From Steroidobacteraceae bacterium (GTDB lineage Bacteria; Pseudomonadota; Gammaproteobacteria; Steroidobacterales; Steroidobacteraceae): a DNA stretch of 64,000 bases. The DNA lies in the NCBI GenBank assembly GCA_036834945.1, contig DAITMW010000001.1, positions 24,454 to 88,453 on the forward strand, in the 5' to 3' direction. The first letter of the stretch is position 1, and every line of letters starts with the position of its first letter. Both the position numbers and the translations under genes were made by a program. Shown here one piece after another: positions 17,293 through 27,016 of this stretch. The notes below the pieces were generated by a model. That model searched no databases and was not told the origin of the DNA. It saw only the letters and a program-made list of their open reading frames with translations.

Positions 17293-18902
17293 TCCACGAT
17301 TTTGGCGATACCGGCGCCGGTTTCGCGCCGGAGGCACAGACGTGGGATCTGTGCATCATCGGTGCGGGAGCGGCCGGCCTGGCGCTCGCGGCGCAGTTCA
17401 TGAAGGGCCCGGGGCGGGTACTGGTCGTCGAATCCGGGCGGCACGAGCCCGATCCGTATGACGAGGACTTCAACCAGCTCGACTGTGTTGGATTGCGGCA
17501 CGATGGCTGGCGCGACGGCAGGGTTCGCTCACTGGGCGGTACGACCCGTGCCTGGGGTGGACAACTCGTTCCCCTGCGCGCGAGCGAAGTCGAGCCCCGC
17601 CCCTGGGTGTCCGATAGCGGCTGGCCGCTGCGGTTGGAAGAGCTCGAGCCGTACTACCGCCGTGCGGAGCAGATCCTGCAAGTGGAGGGATCGCCTTACG
17701 ACGAGGCGGTATGGCGCAGGCTGTCGCTCGTGCCTCCTGCATTTGACCCAGGGGAACTCCGTGTGCGTTTCTCGCAATGGGCAGCCCTCGGACGCCGAAA
17801 TTTCGCGGTGCTCTGGCGGCGTGAGCTGGAGCGCTCCTCCAATGTGTCGGTGTTGATCGATGCAACCGCCGCCTCCCTGCACTGTACCCCCGGCGGAGAC
17901 CATTGCGAGACGTTGGAAATCCGCTCCCGCTCGGGACGCTGCGCCCGTATTCGCGCCAACACGTTCGTCGTCGCCAGCGGCGCGATCGAGACGGCGCGCC
18001 TGCTGTTGTCTTCCCGGACCGCGAACGGTGGCAGCGTCGCCAACAGCAGCGGGCTGGTGGGCCGCTTCTTCCAGGATCACATCTCTTACATCGCAGGCGT
18101 CGTGGAGCCGACGTCGCGACGCATCGTGCAGCATGTGTTCGATCCACGCTACATCGGTGCCACGATGTACAGCCTGAAGTTGGAGCCCACGGATGCGGCG
18201 ATGCAACGCGAAGGCTGGTTGAATGCCATGGGTCACATCGCCTTCGAGATCCCGGACGCGCTCGGCTGGATGGAATTGCGCCGTATTCTGCGCTCGTTGC
18301 AGGCGGGACGTCTGCAATTGCCCTCGCGCGATGAAAGTATCGCGATGTTGCGCGGTAGCGTCGAGCTGACCCGGCTCGTTCTGACGCGTTACCTCGCGCG
18401 CCGGCGCCGGTCGCCGGGTGCCGGGAGCATCCGTCTCCTCGTCGACTCTGAACAGGCTCCTAGTAGTGAAAGCCGCGTGTCACTCGATACGCGCGTCGAT
18501 GCTCTCGGAGTGGCGCGAGCTCGCCTTGATTGGCGCCTCGGCGACCTGGAGCACCGCACCCTGACTGGTTTCGCACGGCGAGTCGCTGCGGAATTCGCGA
18601 GGCTCGGTCTTGGAAATATCCGATTGGCCGGCGATCCTGATTTCAACCTCCGTGATGCCCCTGGTGCCGCCCGTGACATCTTCCATCACATGGGTACCGC
18701 CCGGATGAGTGCAACGGCGCGGACCGGGGTGACCCGACCCGACCTGCGGTGCCACGATACCGACAATCTCTTCGTGGCAGGGGCCGCAGTGTTTCCGGCG
18801 GGCGGCATCGCTAATCCGACCTTTACCGCGCTAGCCCTCTCGCTGCGCCTGGGGGATCACCTCAAGGCGACCTCCATGTCACACTTCCGTCATCCGGGCT
18901 AA
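17289..18902 (+). CDS. GMC-family FAD-dependent oxidoreductase
   Basis: 537 aa. The GTG start overlaps the AKR stop (GTGA). DLCIIGAGAAGLALA dinucleotide motif and a C-terminal HHMGTARM region typical of GMC enzymes. Confidence 0.7.
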   Translation: MIHDFGDTGAGFAPEAQTWDLCIIGAGAAGLALAAQFMKGPGRVLVVESGRHEPDPYDEDFNQLDCVGLRHDGWRDGRVRSLGGTTRAWGGQLVPLRASEVEPRPWVSDSGWPLRLEELEPYYRRAEQILQVEGSPYDEAVWRRLSLVPPAFDPGELRVRFSQWAALGRRNFAVLWRRELERSSNVSVLIDATAASLHCTPGGDHCETLEIRSRSGRCARIRANTFVVASGAIETARLLLSSRTANGGSVANSSGLVGRFFQDHISYIAGVVEPTSRRIVQHVFDPRYIGATMYSLKLEPTDAAMQREGWLNAMGHIAFEIPDALGWMELRRILRSLQAGRLQLPSRDESIAMLRGSVELTRLVLTRYLARRRRSPGAGSIRLLVDSEQAPSSESRVSLDTRVDALGVARARLDWRLGDLEHRTLTGFARRVAAEFARLGLGNIRLAGDPDFNLRDAPGAARDIFHHMGTARMSATARTGVTRPDLRCHDTDNLFVAGAAVFPAGGIANPTFTALALSLRLGDHLKATSMSHFRHPG

Positions 18903-18941
18903 ATACAGTCAACACTCCCGTTCCCCCGATCAACGACCCTG

Positions 18942-21359
18942 ATGCACTCCGCGCGTGCGCTCCACTTGACGACTCATGTTCTCGCCGCGCTCGCGATAGC
19001 CGTGGCGCTCGCTGGTTGCGGAAGCCCGCATTCGCGCTTCGAGAGCCACATGCAACGCGGTAAGCAATACCTCGCGGCGGATCGTCTCGACAAAGCCAGC
19101 ATCGAATTCCGCAACGCGCTGCAGATCGAGCCCAAGAACGCCGAGGCGTTCTACTTCAACGGCAAGGTAGCGGAGCGCCGGGGCGGCATCCGCGAGGCTA
19201 TCGAGTTTTATCAAGGCGCGGTCGACGCGCAGCCCGAGGACACACGCTCGCGCGCCAGCCTTGCGAAGATTTTTGTGCTCGGGGGAGCGACGCAGCAGGC
19301 CCTGGAAATCATTTCGCCTGGACTGCTCGATCATCCGGACGATCCTGATCTTCTCGCTGCCCGCGCCGCCGCGCGTCACGAGCTCAAAGATGATAGCGAG
19401 GCCCGCGCGGATGCCGAACGCGCGGTGCAACTCGCGCCGGCAAACGAGAATGCGATAGGGGTGCTCGCGGCGCTGGCGCTCCGGGGTGGCGATAAGGATC
19501 GGGCAGTCTCGTTGGTCACGAATGCCGTCACCAGGGCGCCGGACTCGGTTGAGTTACGGCGGATCCTGACGAGTGTCTACCTGTCGACTGGAGAGCCGCG
19601 TAAGGCCGAAGAGCAGATGCGCAAGATCATTGCTCTGGAGCCGAACGAGATGGCCCCGCGCATGCGGTTGGCAATGCATTTCTCACGCGCCCGCGAGTTG
19701 GATGAGGCGCAACGGGTTCTCGAAGCGGCGGTGCGGGACCTGCCCCACGAGGATGCTCCCAAACTGTCGCTGGTGGATTTCGTTACCACCCAACGCTCAC
19801 AGGAGCAGGGAGAGAAGGTATTGCGGGATTTCGTGGCCCGCGAACCCAACAACGAGGATCTGCGCCTGGCACTGGGCATGGCCGTGGAGCGCTCCGGTGC
19901 GAAGCAACACGCCATTGCGATCTATCGCGAGGTCATCGGACACGACGGCCTGGGCCCGAAGGGCCTGGCCGCCCGCGATCGGATCGCCGCGGTCGAGATT
20001 TCGCAAGGTCATGACGTCGAGGCAAAGCACCTCATCGCTGAAGTGCTCGCCGAAAGTCCGCGTGACGATGACGCCCTCATCATGCGAGCCAACATGGCGC
20101 TGGCCCACGATGATCCGATCAATGCCATAGCGGACCTGCGGGCCGTGTTGCACGACCAGCCGAAGTCAGTGGTCCTGCAACGCACGCTGGCACGGGCGTA
20201 TATCGCCAAGGGCGAGCCGGCGCTGGCGGAGGAAGCGCTGCGCGCTGTGTTGGAATCAGGCAGCGATGACCCGGATCTGAGGATCGACCTGGCGCAGGTG
20301 CTCCTACAAACCGACCGGTCGGCACAGGCCGTGGCGCTGCTCGAAGAGGGCGTGCGCAAGGCGCCGCAAAACCCGCAGGTTCGGGTCGCGCTCGTGCGCG
20401 CTTACCTGGCCGACCGCGACCTCACGCGGGCGCGAGCGGCCGTGGAGGATTTGAAGAAGCTGCGCCCGGACTTCGCGGCAGCGTATCAACTCGCCGGTCG
20501 CATCGCGCAGGATGCGAATCGGTTGGACGATGCCGAGAAGGAGCTCGAGCGTGCGTTCGAGCTGGAGCCCGCCTCACTCGACATTTTGACTTCGCTCACC
20601 CAGCTCACGCTCGAGCGGGGTCATACCACCGCGGCTACCACGAGGCTCCAGCACGTGCTTGCGGGCGACCCCGAAAATCCCCGGATCCTGGATCTGCTCG
20701 GCGCCACTTACCTGGAGGCGAGCGACTTGCCGCATGCGACGCAGATGCTATCCAAGGCCGGCGCGCTTGCGCCGCGTTCCTGGGAGATCCACCGGCACCT
20801 GGCGCAAGTCAGGTTGGCGAGTGGCGACCCGGGGGGAGCGATCACGGAATACCAGGTCGCCTTCAAGTTGGCTCCGATGCAACTGCGCGTCGCCGCGGAA
20901 CTGGCGCTGCTCTACGAGAAACAGGGGCGCGTCGATGAGGCTATCGCCTGTTATGAGGCACTCCAGAAGAGCAATCCCGCCGCGCGAGGTTTCGCGGCCA
21001 ATAATGAGGCGATGCTGCTGGTCACCTATAAGACGGATCAGGCAAGTCTCGACCGGGCCCGCGCTATGACCGCCAGCTTCGACACGGCGGCGGATGCATC
21101 GCTCCTGGACACGGCCGGCTGGGTCCGCTTCAAGCGCCGTGAGTATCGTGAGGCCCTGGTTCTGCTGGAGCGGGCAGCGGACCGCTCGGCCGACTCGAAG
21201 ACGATCCGCTATCACCTGGGAATGACACAGATCAGGCTAGGGCAAAGAGCGCGGGCGCGCATGAACCTCGAAGCCGCACTCGCCGGCTCCGGCAGCTTCA
21301 CCGGCTCCGATGAGGCACGGTCCGCCCTGGCAAGCCTCAGGCCCGCCCATTCGGGCTGA
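18942..21359 (+). CDS. prsT: TPR-repeat lipoprotein, PEP-CTERM-system PrsT-like
   Basis: 805 aa with lipobox LAGCGSP. The whole length is TPR-like A/L/E-rich repeats. It lies in the exosortase locus. Confidence 0.7.
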   Translation: MHSARALHLTTHVLAALAIAVALAGCGSPHSRFESHMQRGKQYLAADRLDKASIEFRNALQIEPKNAEAFYFNGKVAERRGGIREAIEFYQGAVDAQPEDTRSRASLAKIFVLGGATQQALEIISPGLLDHPDDPDLLAARAAARHELKDDSEARADAERAVQLAPANENAIGVLAALALRGGDKDRAVSLVTNAVTRAPDSVELRRILTSVYLSTGEPRKAEEQMRKIIALEPNEMAPRMRLAMHFSRARELDEAQRVLEAAVRDLPHEDAPKLSLVDFVTTQRSQEQGEKVLRDFVAREPNNEDLRLALGMAVERSGAKQHAIAIYREVIGHDGLGPKGLAARDRIAAVEISQGHDVEAKHLIAEVLAESPRDDDALIMRANMALAHDDPINAIADLRAVLHDQPKSVVLQRTLARAYIAKGEPALAEEALRAVLESGSDDPDLRIDLAQVLLQTDRSAQAVALLEEGVRKAPQNPQVRVALVRAYLADRDLTRARAAVEDLKKLRPDFAAAYQLAGRIAQDANRLDDAEKELERAFELEPASLDILTSLTQLTLERGHTTAATTRLQHVLAGDPENPRILDLLGATYLEASDLPHATQMLSKAGALAPRSWEIHRHLAQVRLASGDPGGAITEYQVAFKLAPMQLRVAAELALLYEKQGRVDEAIACYEALQKSNPAARGFAANNEAMLLVTYKTDQASLDRARAMTASFDTAADASLLDTAGWVRFKRREYREALVLLERAADRSADSKTIRYHLGMTQIRLGQRARARMNLEAALAGSGSFTGSDEARSALASLRPAHSG

Positions 21360-21537
21360 CGCCGCCGCACCCGAACCGGAACGGGAATCTATCGCCCAGC
21401 CTGCGGTCAGGACTGGCCGGGCCGGCAGCCAGCGGGAGCGATGCCCGCCGCCTGCGCCGCCCCGGACGCATCCCGGCCACTACCGTGCCGTCACCTCCCG
21501 ACGCATTCCCCACCACCCAGTAGTGGCCCTTGTCCGG

Positions 21538-21807
21538 CTACCGTGCCCTGCCGCGACGGAAAAGGTTGACGATCGCCAGCAGAACAATGGCCCCCAGCAG
21601 CGATATCAGCAGTCCGCTCAAGCTGAAATCGCTCTGATTGATGGTGGCACCGCCGACCAGGGGGGTGATCAGCCACCCGGCCAACAGGGCACCGACAATG
21701 CCTACCACGATGTTCAGGCCGATTCCCTGCTGAGCATCCGTATTCATGATCTTGCTGGCGAGCCAGCCGATAATGCCTCCTACGACCAACCAGATAATCA
21801 GATTCAT
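21538..21807 (-). CDS. GlsB/YeaQ/YmgE family small membrane protein (transglycosylase-associated)
   Basis: Trimmed to the ATG at 21807 (MNLIIWLVVGGIIGWLASKIM). Three glycine-rich TM segments. Confidence 0.75.
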   Translation of the reverse strand: MNLIIWLVVGGIIGWLASKIMNTDAQQGIGLNIVVGIVGALLAGWLITPLVGGATINQSDFSLSGLLISLLGAIVLLAIVNLFRRGRAR

Positions 21808-21974
21808 AGCATTTCTCCCGCCTCCCGCGTTGCACGGGGCTGCAGCCGCAACTTCCATTCCCACTCGGCGCGACCGGGTTCACGTCCCGGGAGGACGGAA
21901 ATCGCCATAATCCAGGCAGTTCAGGCACACTTGGAAACCCACCGCGCCGAACCAGAAGTCGAGGCAACACACTC

Positions 21975-23810
21975 ATGTGCGGAATCGTCGGAGCCATCGC
22001 CGAACGCAATATCGTCCCCATCCTCATGGAGGGCCTGCGGAGGCTCGAATATCGTGGCTACGATTCGGCCGGCCTGGCGGTCCTGAACGGTTCCAAGCAC
22101 CTCACCCGGCTCCGCACGGTCGGGAAGGTGAAGATGCTCGACGAGGCCCTCGAGCAGTCACCCACCAGCGGCAAGATCGGCATCGCGCACACACGTTGGG
22201 CCACGCACGGAGTGCCGAGCGAGCGCAACGCCCACCCGCATATTTCCCTTGATGGCCTCGCGATCGTGCACAACGGCATCATCGAGAACCACGAGGAACT
22301 GCGCGAAGAGCTGAAGCGTCTCGGATATACATTCACCTCCGAGACTGACACCGAAGTCATCGCGCATCGTATCCACCATCACCTGGCGACCGTGAAGGAC
22401 CTCTTCAAGGCGGTGCGCGCTACCGTGGCGGAGCTCGAGGGCGCCTATGCCCTCGCGGTAGTGAGCGAGCACGATCCTGATCGTCTGATCCTGGCCCGTG
22501 AAGGCTGCCCTGTCGTTGTCGGTGTGGGTGTCGAAGAGAATTTCGTCGCCTCGGACGTAGCTGCACTATTGCCGGTCACCCGCCGTTTCATATTCCTGGA
22601 GGAGGGCGATGTCGCCGAGATCCGGCGCAAAGCCATTCGTGTCATCGACAAGGAAGGCAACAACGTAGAGCGACCGCTGCGTGAGAGCGAGTTGTCCGCC
22701 GACGCGGCTGAGAAGGGCCAGTACCGGCACTACATGCTGAAGGAGATTCACGAGCAGCCGCGCGCGATCGCCAACACGCTGCAAGAGCGCGTTGCCAATG
22801 GACGCCTGTTGGAGGCGGCGTTCGGCCCTGCCGCCACCGAGGTATTCAAACGCACGCAGAACGTACACATTGTTGCCTGCGGAACGAGCTATCACGCGGC
22901 CAGCGTGGCCCGCTATTTTATCGAACAGATCTGCAAGGTGCCGTGCGCGGTGGATATCGCGAGCGAGTACCGTTATCGCAACCCGCTCGTACCGCCCAAC
23001 TCATTGTTCGTGACGATCTCGCAGTCTGGTGAGACCGCGGACACCCTGGCGGCCCTGCGCCTCGCCAAGCAATCGGGTTATTTGTCATCGCTTGCCATTT
23101 GTAACGTGCCCGAAAGTTCGCTGGTACGCGAGTCCGAGCTCGTGATGTTGACGCGCGCGGGTCCGGAGATCGGTGTGGCCTCGACAAAGGCTTTCACGAC
23201 ACAGCTCGCCGCGCTGTCGATGTTCGTGATCGCTCTCGCGAAGCATCATGGTGCCGACGCCGAGCGCGAGCGCGGCCTCGTGGGCCGTCTCATCGAGTTG
23301 CCTGCACTGGTCGAGCGGACCCTCGCTCTCGATCCGGTGATCCATAAACTCGCCGAGCGCTTCGCCGAAAAACATCACACCCTGTTCCTCGGCCGCGGTG
23401 CCTTGTATCCGATCGCGATGGAAGGCTCGCTGAAGCTGAAGGAAATCTCCTACATCCACGCCGAGGCCTACCCGGCCGGCGAGCTCAAGCACGGACCTCT
23501 CGCGCTCGTCGATGCCGACATGCCCGTGATCACGGTCGCCCCCAACAACGACCTGCTCGAAAAGCTGAAATCAAACCTCATGGAAGTGCGCGCGCGCGGC
23601 GGCGAGCTCATTGTGTTTGCCGATCCCGAAGCCGGGATCACACCGAGCGATGGCGTCACGGTCATCGAGATGCCCAAGCACGTGACCTACTTCCAGGCGC
23701 CGGCGGTGTACACGATTCCCCTGCAACTTCTCGCTTATCACGTGGCGATCCTCAAGGGCACCGACGTCGACCAACCCCGGAACCTCGCGAAGAGCGTCAC
23801 TGTAGAGTAA
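21975..23810 (+). CDS. glmS: Glutamine--fructose-6-phosphate aminotransferase
   Basis: 611 aa with MCGIVGAI start, two SIS domains and the C-terminal KSVTVE. Confidence 0.95.
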   Translation: MCGIVGAIAERNIVPILMEGLRRLEYRGYDSAGLAVLNGSKHLTRLRTVGKVKMLDEALEQSPTSGKIGIAHTRWATHGVPSERNAHPHISLDGLAIVHNGIIENHEELREELKRLGYTFTSETDTEVIAHRIHHHLATVKDLFKAVRATVAELEGAYALAVVSEHDPDRLILAREGCPVVVGVGVEENFVASDVAALLPVTRRFIFLEEGDVAEIRRKAIRVIDKEGNNVERPLRESELSADAAEKGQYRHYMLKEIHEQPRAIANTLQERVANGRLLEAAFGPAATEVFKRTQNVHIVACGTSYHAASVARYFIEQICKVPCAVDIASEYRYRNPLVPPNSLFVTISQSGETADTLAALRLAKQSGYLSSLAICNVPESSLVRESELVMLTRAGPEIGVASTKAFTTQLAALSMFVIALAKHHGADAERERGLVGRLIELPALVERTLALDPVIHKLAERFAEKHHTLFLGRGALYPIAMEGSLKLKEISYIHAEAYPAGELKHGPLALVDADMPVITVAPNNDLLEKLKSNLMEVRARGGELIVFADPEAGITPSDGVTVIEMPKHVTYFQAPAVYTIPLQLLAYHVAILKGTDVDQPRNLAKSVTVE

Positions 23811-24960
23811 CGGGCTGCCGACAGATACAGCCGGCCGCCGGAATCGTTATGGTGCCCTGGCGGCTCCAGGCCTCCACTCTGGAATAGGCGCCCGCGCCGT
23901 CCGTCGTAAACCCTATCATCGTGTACACCACGCCAGGTGTGGGAGTAAACGTTCCGGACCCTGACGGAGTCACGTCGGTACCGTTTCCGGTAAACACGAG
24001 CTGACCGCCCGCGGCCACCAGGGCCGCGATATCCCCGGCGGTGAGCTCGTTCTTCATGGGAAAGGTGTAGGTACCGGGGACCAGGTACACGACCTCGTAG
24101 GCACGGCGTGCGGTTCTGAACGGATAAAGCGTGAGCCGCGCGTCCGTACCGGTGAGGCTCACCTGGAGGATCGGAGGCTGGAGATAAAGGGCGGCCGTGC
24201 TCGCTATGGCCGTCGCCGCGTCATAGTCGACCGCACCGTACCCGAACTGACTCGGATTCCAGCCGGTGCCCCAGTTGGATGCGGTCTGGCGCAGCGCGGC
24301 CTTGATCTCGAACCAACTCCAGGAGGGATGATCCATGCGCATGGCGGCCAGGATCGCGGTCATCGCCGCGGCCACCCAGCTGGGCGCCGACGTATCGAAT
24401 CCCTTGTAGTTGTTGACGATGCCGAATTCCAAGCCCCAGTGGGGCTCGGGCAGAGCCGCCGGCCCCGCGGTCGCGGTGACCGTCGCCGAAGTGATCGGGG
24501 GCGGGGTGCCGCTCGGGCCGGCCGCCACGAAGGCCCAGCTCATGAGAACTCCGTACGCGTTCAACACGGTGTACGCGGCAGGGTCGCCGAAACCACCGTT
24601 GAAACTGTAGCCCGCGAACGAATTGTTGACCAACGCGTAGGGCGCGTGGTTGACGGGGTACTGCAGGGAATGGACGTTGATGTTGGCGGCGGAGCTGTTC
24701 TGCGTGTCCGCGACGATGGTGGCGTCGAAGACGGCGTTCGTCGAGCAGACCGCGACCGTGGTCCCGCCATTGCACGTATTGTCGACGGCATCGAGTCCGG
24801 GACCCGAGTGCAGTTCGGGGTGAAGAATCGTCAGGTCCTTTGTTACGAACTGTGCAGCGTGTGACGAGTTGACGAGGACCGGGGGAGCGAGGGCGGCGCG
24901 CGACGGATGACTTGCGCAAACAACCAGGGCAGCCCCGAGGGCTGCTCGAAGACTCGACAT
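23797..24960 (-). CDS. Secreted hypothetical protein with degenerate subtilase-like core
   Basis: 387 aa with a signal peptide ([15 protein letters not shown]). [40 protein letters not shown] and [10 protein letters not shown] resemble the S8 Ser-helix region. I cannot find canonical Asp and His motifs. Confidence 0.4.
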   Translation of the reverse strand: MSSLRAALGAALVVCASHPSRAALAPPVLVNSSHAAQFVTKDLTILHPELHSGPGLDAVDNTCNGGTTVAVCSTNAVFDATIVADTQNSSAANINVHSLQYPVNHAPYALVNNSFAGYSFNGGFGDPAAYTVLNAYGVLMSWAFVAAGPSGTPPPITSATVTATAGPAALPEPHWGLEFGIVNNYKGFDTSAPSWVAAAMTAILAAMRMDHPSWSWFEIKAALRQTASNWGTGWNPSQFGYGAVDYDAATAIASTAALYLQPPILQVSLTGTDARLTLYPFRTARRAYEVVYLVPGTYTFPMKNELTAGDIAALVAAGGQLVFTGNGTDVTPSGSGTFTPTPGVVYTMIGFTTDGAGAYSRVEAWSRQGTITIPAAGCICRQPVTLQ

Positions 24961-25147
24961 AGTTCACTCCATTGAACGTTTTGATTTTGATGTTCCCCGC
25001 AGAAGACCACGTAAACGTGACTGAGCGGTGACGCCTCGCTGTTCGCATGTCACATCGCTGAAACATCCCGCCCCTATCGTCCGCGCCCACAGCGGCCTGA
25101 TGTTTTCGCGCGTCAGGTGTTAATAACATCGAGAGGGTTCACAAGTA

Positions 25148-27013
25148 ATGTCAAGAAACTTGAGCCTGGCTGCCGTGGTAGCCGGCATCGTTTTCGCCGC
25201 CGGCTGCGGCGACAAAGGTGACACCGGCGCGCAGGGTGCGACCGGTCCGCAAGGTCCCACGGGTGCGCAGGGTCCTGCCGGTCCGCAAGGTCCCGCGGGT
25301 CCGACGACTCCGACCGACGTGGCCGCTTCCTATAACACCAAGACACCGATCAAACACGTGGTGGTGATCTTCGGTGAGAACATCTCGTTCGATCATTACT
25401 TCGCGACCTATCCCAACGCGGCGAACCTCACGGGCGAGACTCCGTTCAAGGGCACGGCTCCGAACACGCCGGCCAACACCCTGGCGACACCGTTGGACCC
25501 CACCAACAATTTCCAGGCGACCGGGACCAGTCTGCTCACGAACAATCCGAACGGCCCTTCCGGTAGCGGCTCGGCGACCAACCTCGCCGACGCGGCGGAC
25601 CCGTTCCGCCTGACCCCGGCGCAAGCGGCGACCTCCGACCAGGGACACAACTACGCTCCCGAGCAGCAGGCGGCCGATAACGGCAGGATGGACCTGTTCC
25701 CGAAGTTCACCGGCGTGAAGGGCCCGCCGCCGAACAACTCGATCCCCGGCGCGACGAAGGGCCTGGTGATGGGTTACTACGACGGCAACACCGTGACGGC
25801 GTTGTGGAACTACGCGCAGAACTTCGCGATGAACGACAACTCGTACTCCTCGCAGTACGGTCCGTCGACGCCGGGAGCGATCAACCTCATCTCCGGCCAG
25901 ACCAACGGCATCGCCAAGTCCAACAAGGACCTCGCGCAGTTCTCGGCTTCGCACCTGACGGCCGACGGTGCGGGTAACTACACCATGATCGGCGACGTGG
26001 ACCCGCTGAACGACGTCTGCTCGACCGCCCCCGATCAGCTGCTGATGGCGGGCAAGAACATCGGCGATCTCCTGAACACGGCCAAGATCACCTGGGGCGC
26101 ATTCATGGGCGGCTTCGACCTGGAGTACACGAATGCGAACGGCACGTCGGGCTGCAATCGCCTGACCAATCCGACCGTCGCGGACTTCGCGTCGAACTCC
26201 GTCGACTACATCCCGCACCACGCGTGGTTCCAGTACTACCAGTCGACTTCGAACCCGACTCATGCCCGTCCGAGCTCGCTGGCCGCGATCGGCAGCAGCG
26301 TCGAGACCGATGGTACGACTCCGGAACCGGCCAACCACAACTACGACACGCATGACTTCTTCTCGGCTCTGAGTGCGGGATACCTCCCGGCCGTCAGCTT
26401 CGTGAAGGCGCCCGCCTACCAGGATGCCCACGCCGGCTATTCCAACCCGATCGACGAGCAGACATTCGTCGTCAACGTGATCAACGCGTTGCAGGCCAGC
26501 CCCATGTGGGCGTCAACGGCCGTGATCATCGCCTACGACGACTCCGACGGTTGGTATGACCACCAGTTCGCCCCGGTGAGCAACCCGTCCGCCGCTCCGG
26601 CGCCCGCGGGAGGAACTTCCCCTGACCAGCTCAATGGCAACGGAGTGTGCAACCAGGGTGCGCAGCAGGGCACCGCGGCTCCCACGACCGCGTTGCTGGG
26701 CAATGCCGGCCAGCCGGCACAGGGTCGTTGCGGCTATGGAACGCGTCAGCCTCTGTTGGTCATCTCGCCGTACGCCAAGAAGAACTACATCGATCACACC
26801 CTGACCGATCAGTCATCGGTGTTGCGCTTCATCGAGGACAACTGGCTCGGCGGCCAACGCATCCAGGCGGGTGGCTCGTTCGACACCATCGCGGGCCCGA
26901 TCGACAACATGTTCAGCTTCCCGGCGAGCAGCGGGACAGGCTCCGCGACCCAGAAGACGCAGGCGCGCCAGCTGATTCTCGATGCCACGACCGGACGCAT
27001 CGCCAGTCGCTGA
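25148..27013 (+). CDS. Phosphoesterase-family lipoprotein (AcpA acid phosphatase / non-haemolytic phospholipase C family) with N-terminal collagen-like tract
   Basis: 621 aa with lipobox FAAGC. HVVVIFGENISFDHYF is the hallmark of the phosphoesterase family. Confidence 0.8.
   Translation: MSRNLSLAAVVAGIVFAAGCGDKGDTGAQGATGPQGPTGAQGPAGPQGPAGPTTPTDVAASYNTKTPIKHVVVIFGENISFDHYFATYPNAANLTGETPFKGTAPNTPANTLATPLDPTNNFQATGTSLLTNNPNGPSGSGSATNLADAADPFRLTPAQAATSDQGHNYAPEQQAADNGRMDLFPKFTGVKGPPPNNSIPGATKGLVMGYYDGNTVTALWNYAQNFAMNDNSYSSQYGPSTPGAINLISGQTNGIAKSNKDLAQFSASHLTADGAGNYTMIGDVDPLNDVCSTAPDQLLMAGKNIGDLLNTAKITWGAFMGGFDLEYTNANGTSGCNRLTNPTVADFASNSVDYIPHHAWFQYYQSTSNPTHARPSSLAAIGSSVETDGTTPEPANHNYDTHDFFSALSAGYLPAVSFVKAPAYQDAHAGYSNPIDEQTFVVNVINALQASPMWASTAVIIAYDDSDGWYDHQFAPVSNPSAAPAPAGGTSPDQLNGNGVCNQGAQQGTAAPTTALLGNAGQPAQGRCGYGTRQPLLVISPYAKKNYIDHTLTDQSSVLRFIEDNWLGGQRIQAGGSFDTIAGPIDNMFSFPASSGTGSATQKTQARQLILDATTGRIASR
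25208..25306 (+). repeat. Collagen-like (Gly-X-Y)11 coding tract
   Basis: GDK GDT GAQ GAT GPQ GPT GAQ GPA GPQ GPA GPT lies immediately after the lipobox Cys. At DNA level, ggtccgcaaggtccc is repeated 36 bp apart. Confidence 0.9.
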
Positions 27014-27016
27014 CCG

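Noticed and set aside
21808-21974. A cis-regulatory RNA (glmS ribozyme-like) in the glmS leader.
   Set aside because: The glmS ribozyme is a Gram-positive element. I saw no conserved core-like sequence here and cannot run a covariance model.
21310-22086. 258-aa ORF spanning the yeaQ-like gene (antisense) and the glmS start.
   Set aside because: It overlaps two well-supported genes, has Pro/Arg/Ala-rich composition and shows no motifs.
25047-25064. Possible Pho box (ATGTCAC-N4-CTGAAAC, 11-bp spacing) upstream of the phosphoesterase.
   Set aside because: It matches only about 5/7 and 4/7 of the CTGTCAT half-sites, which is too weak to call without a genome-specific matrix.
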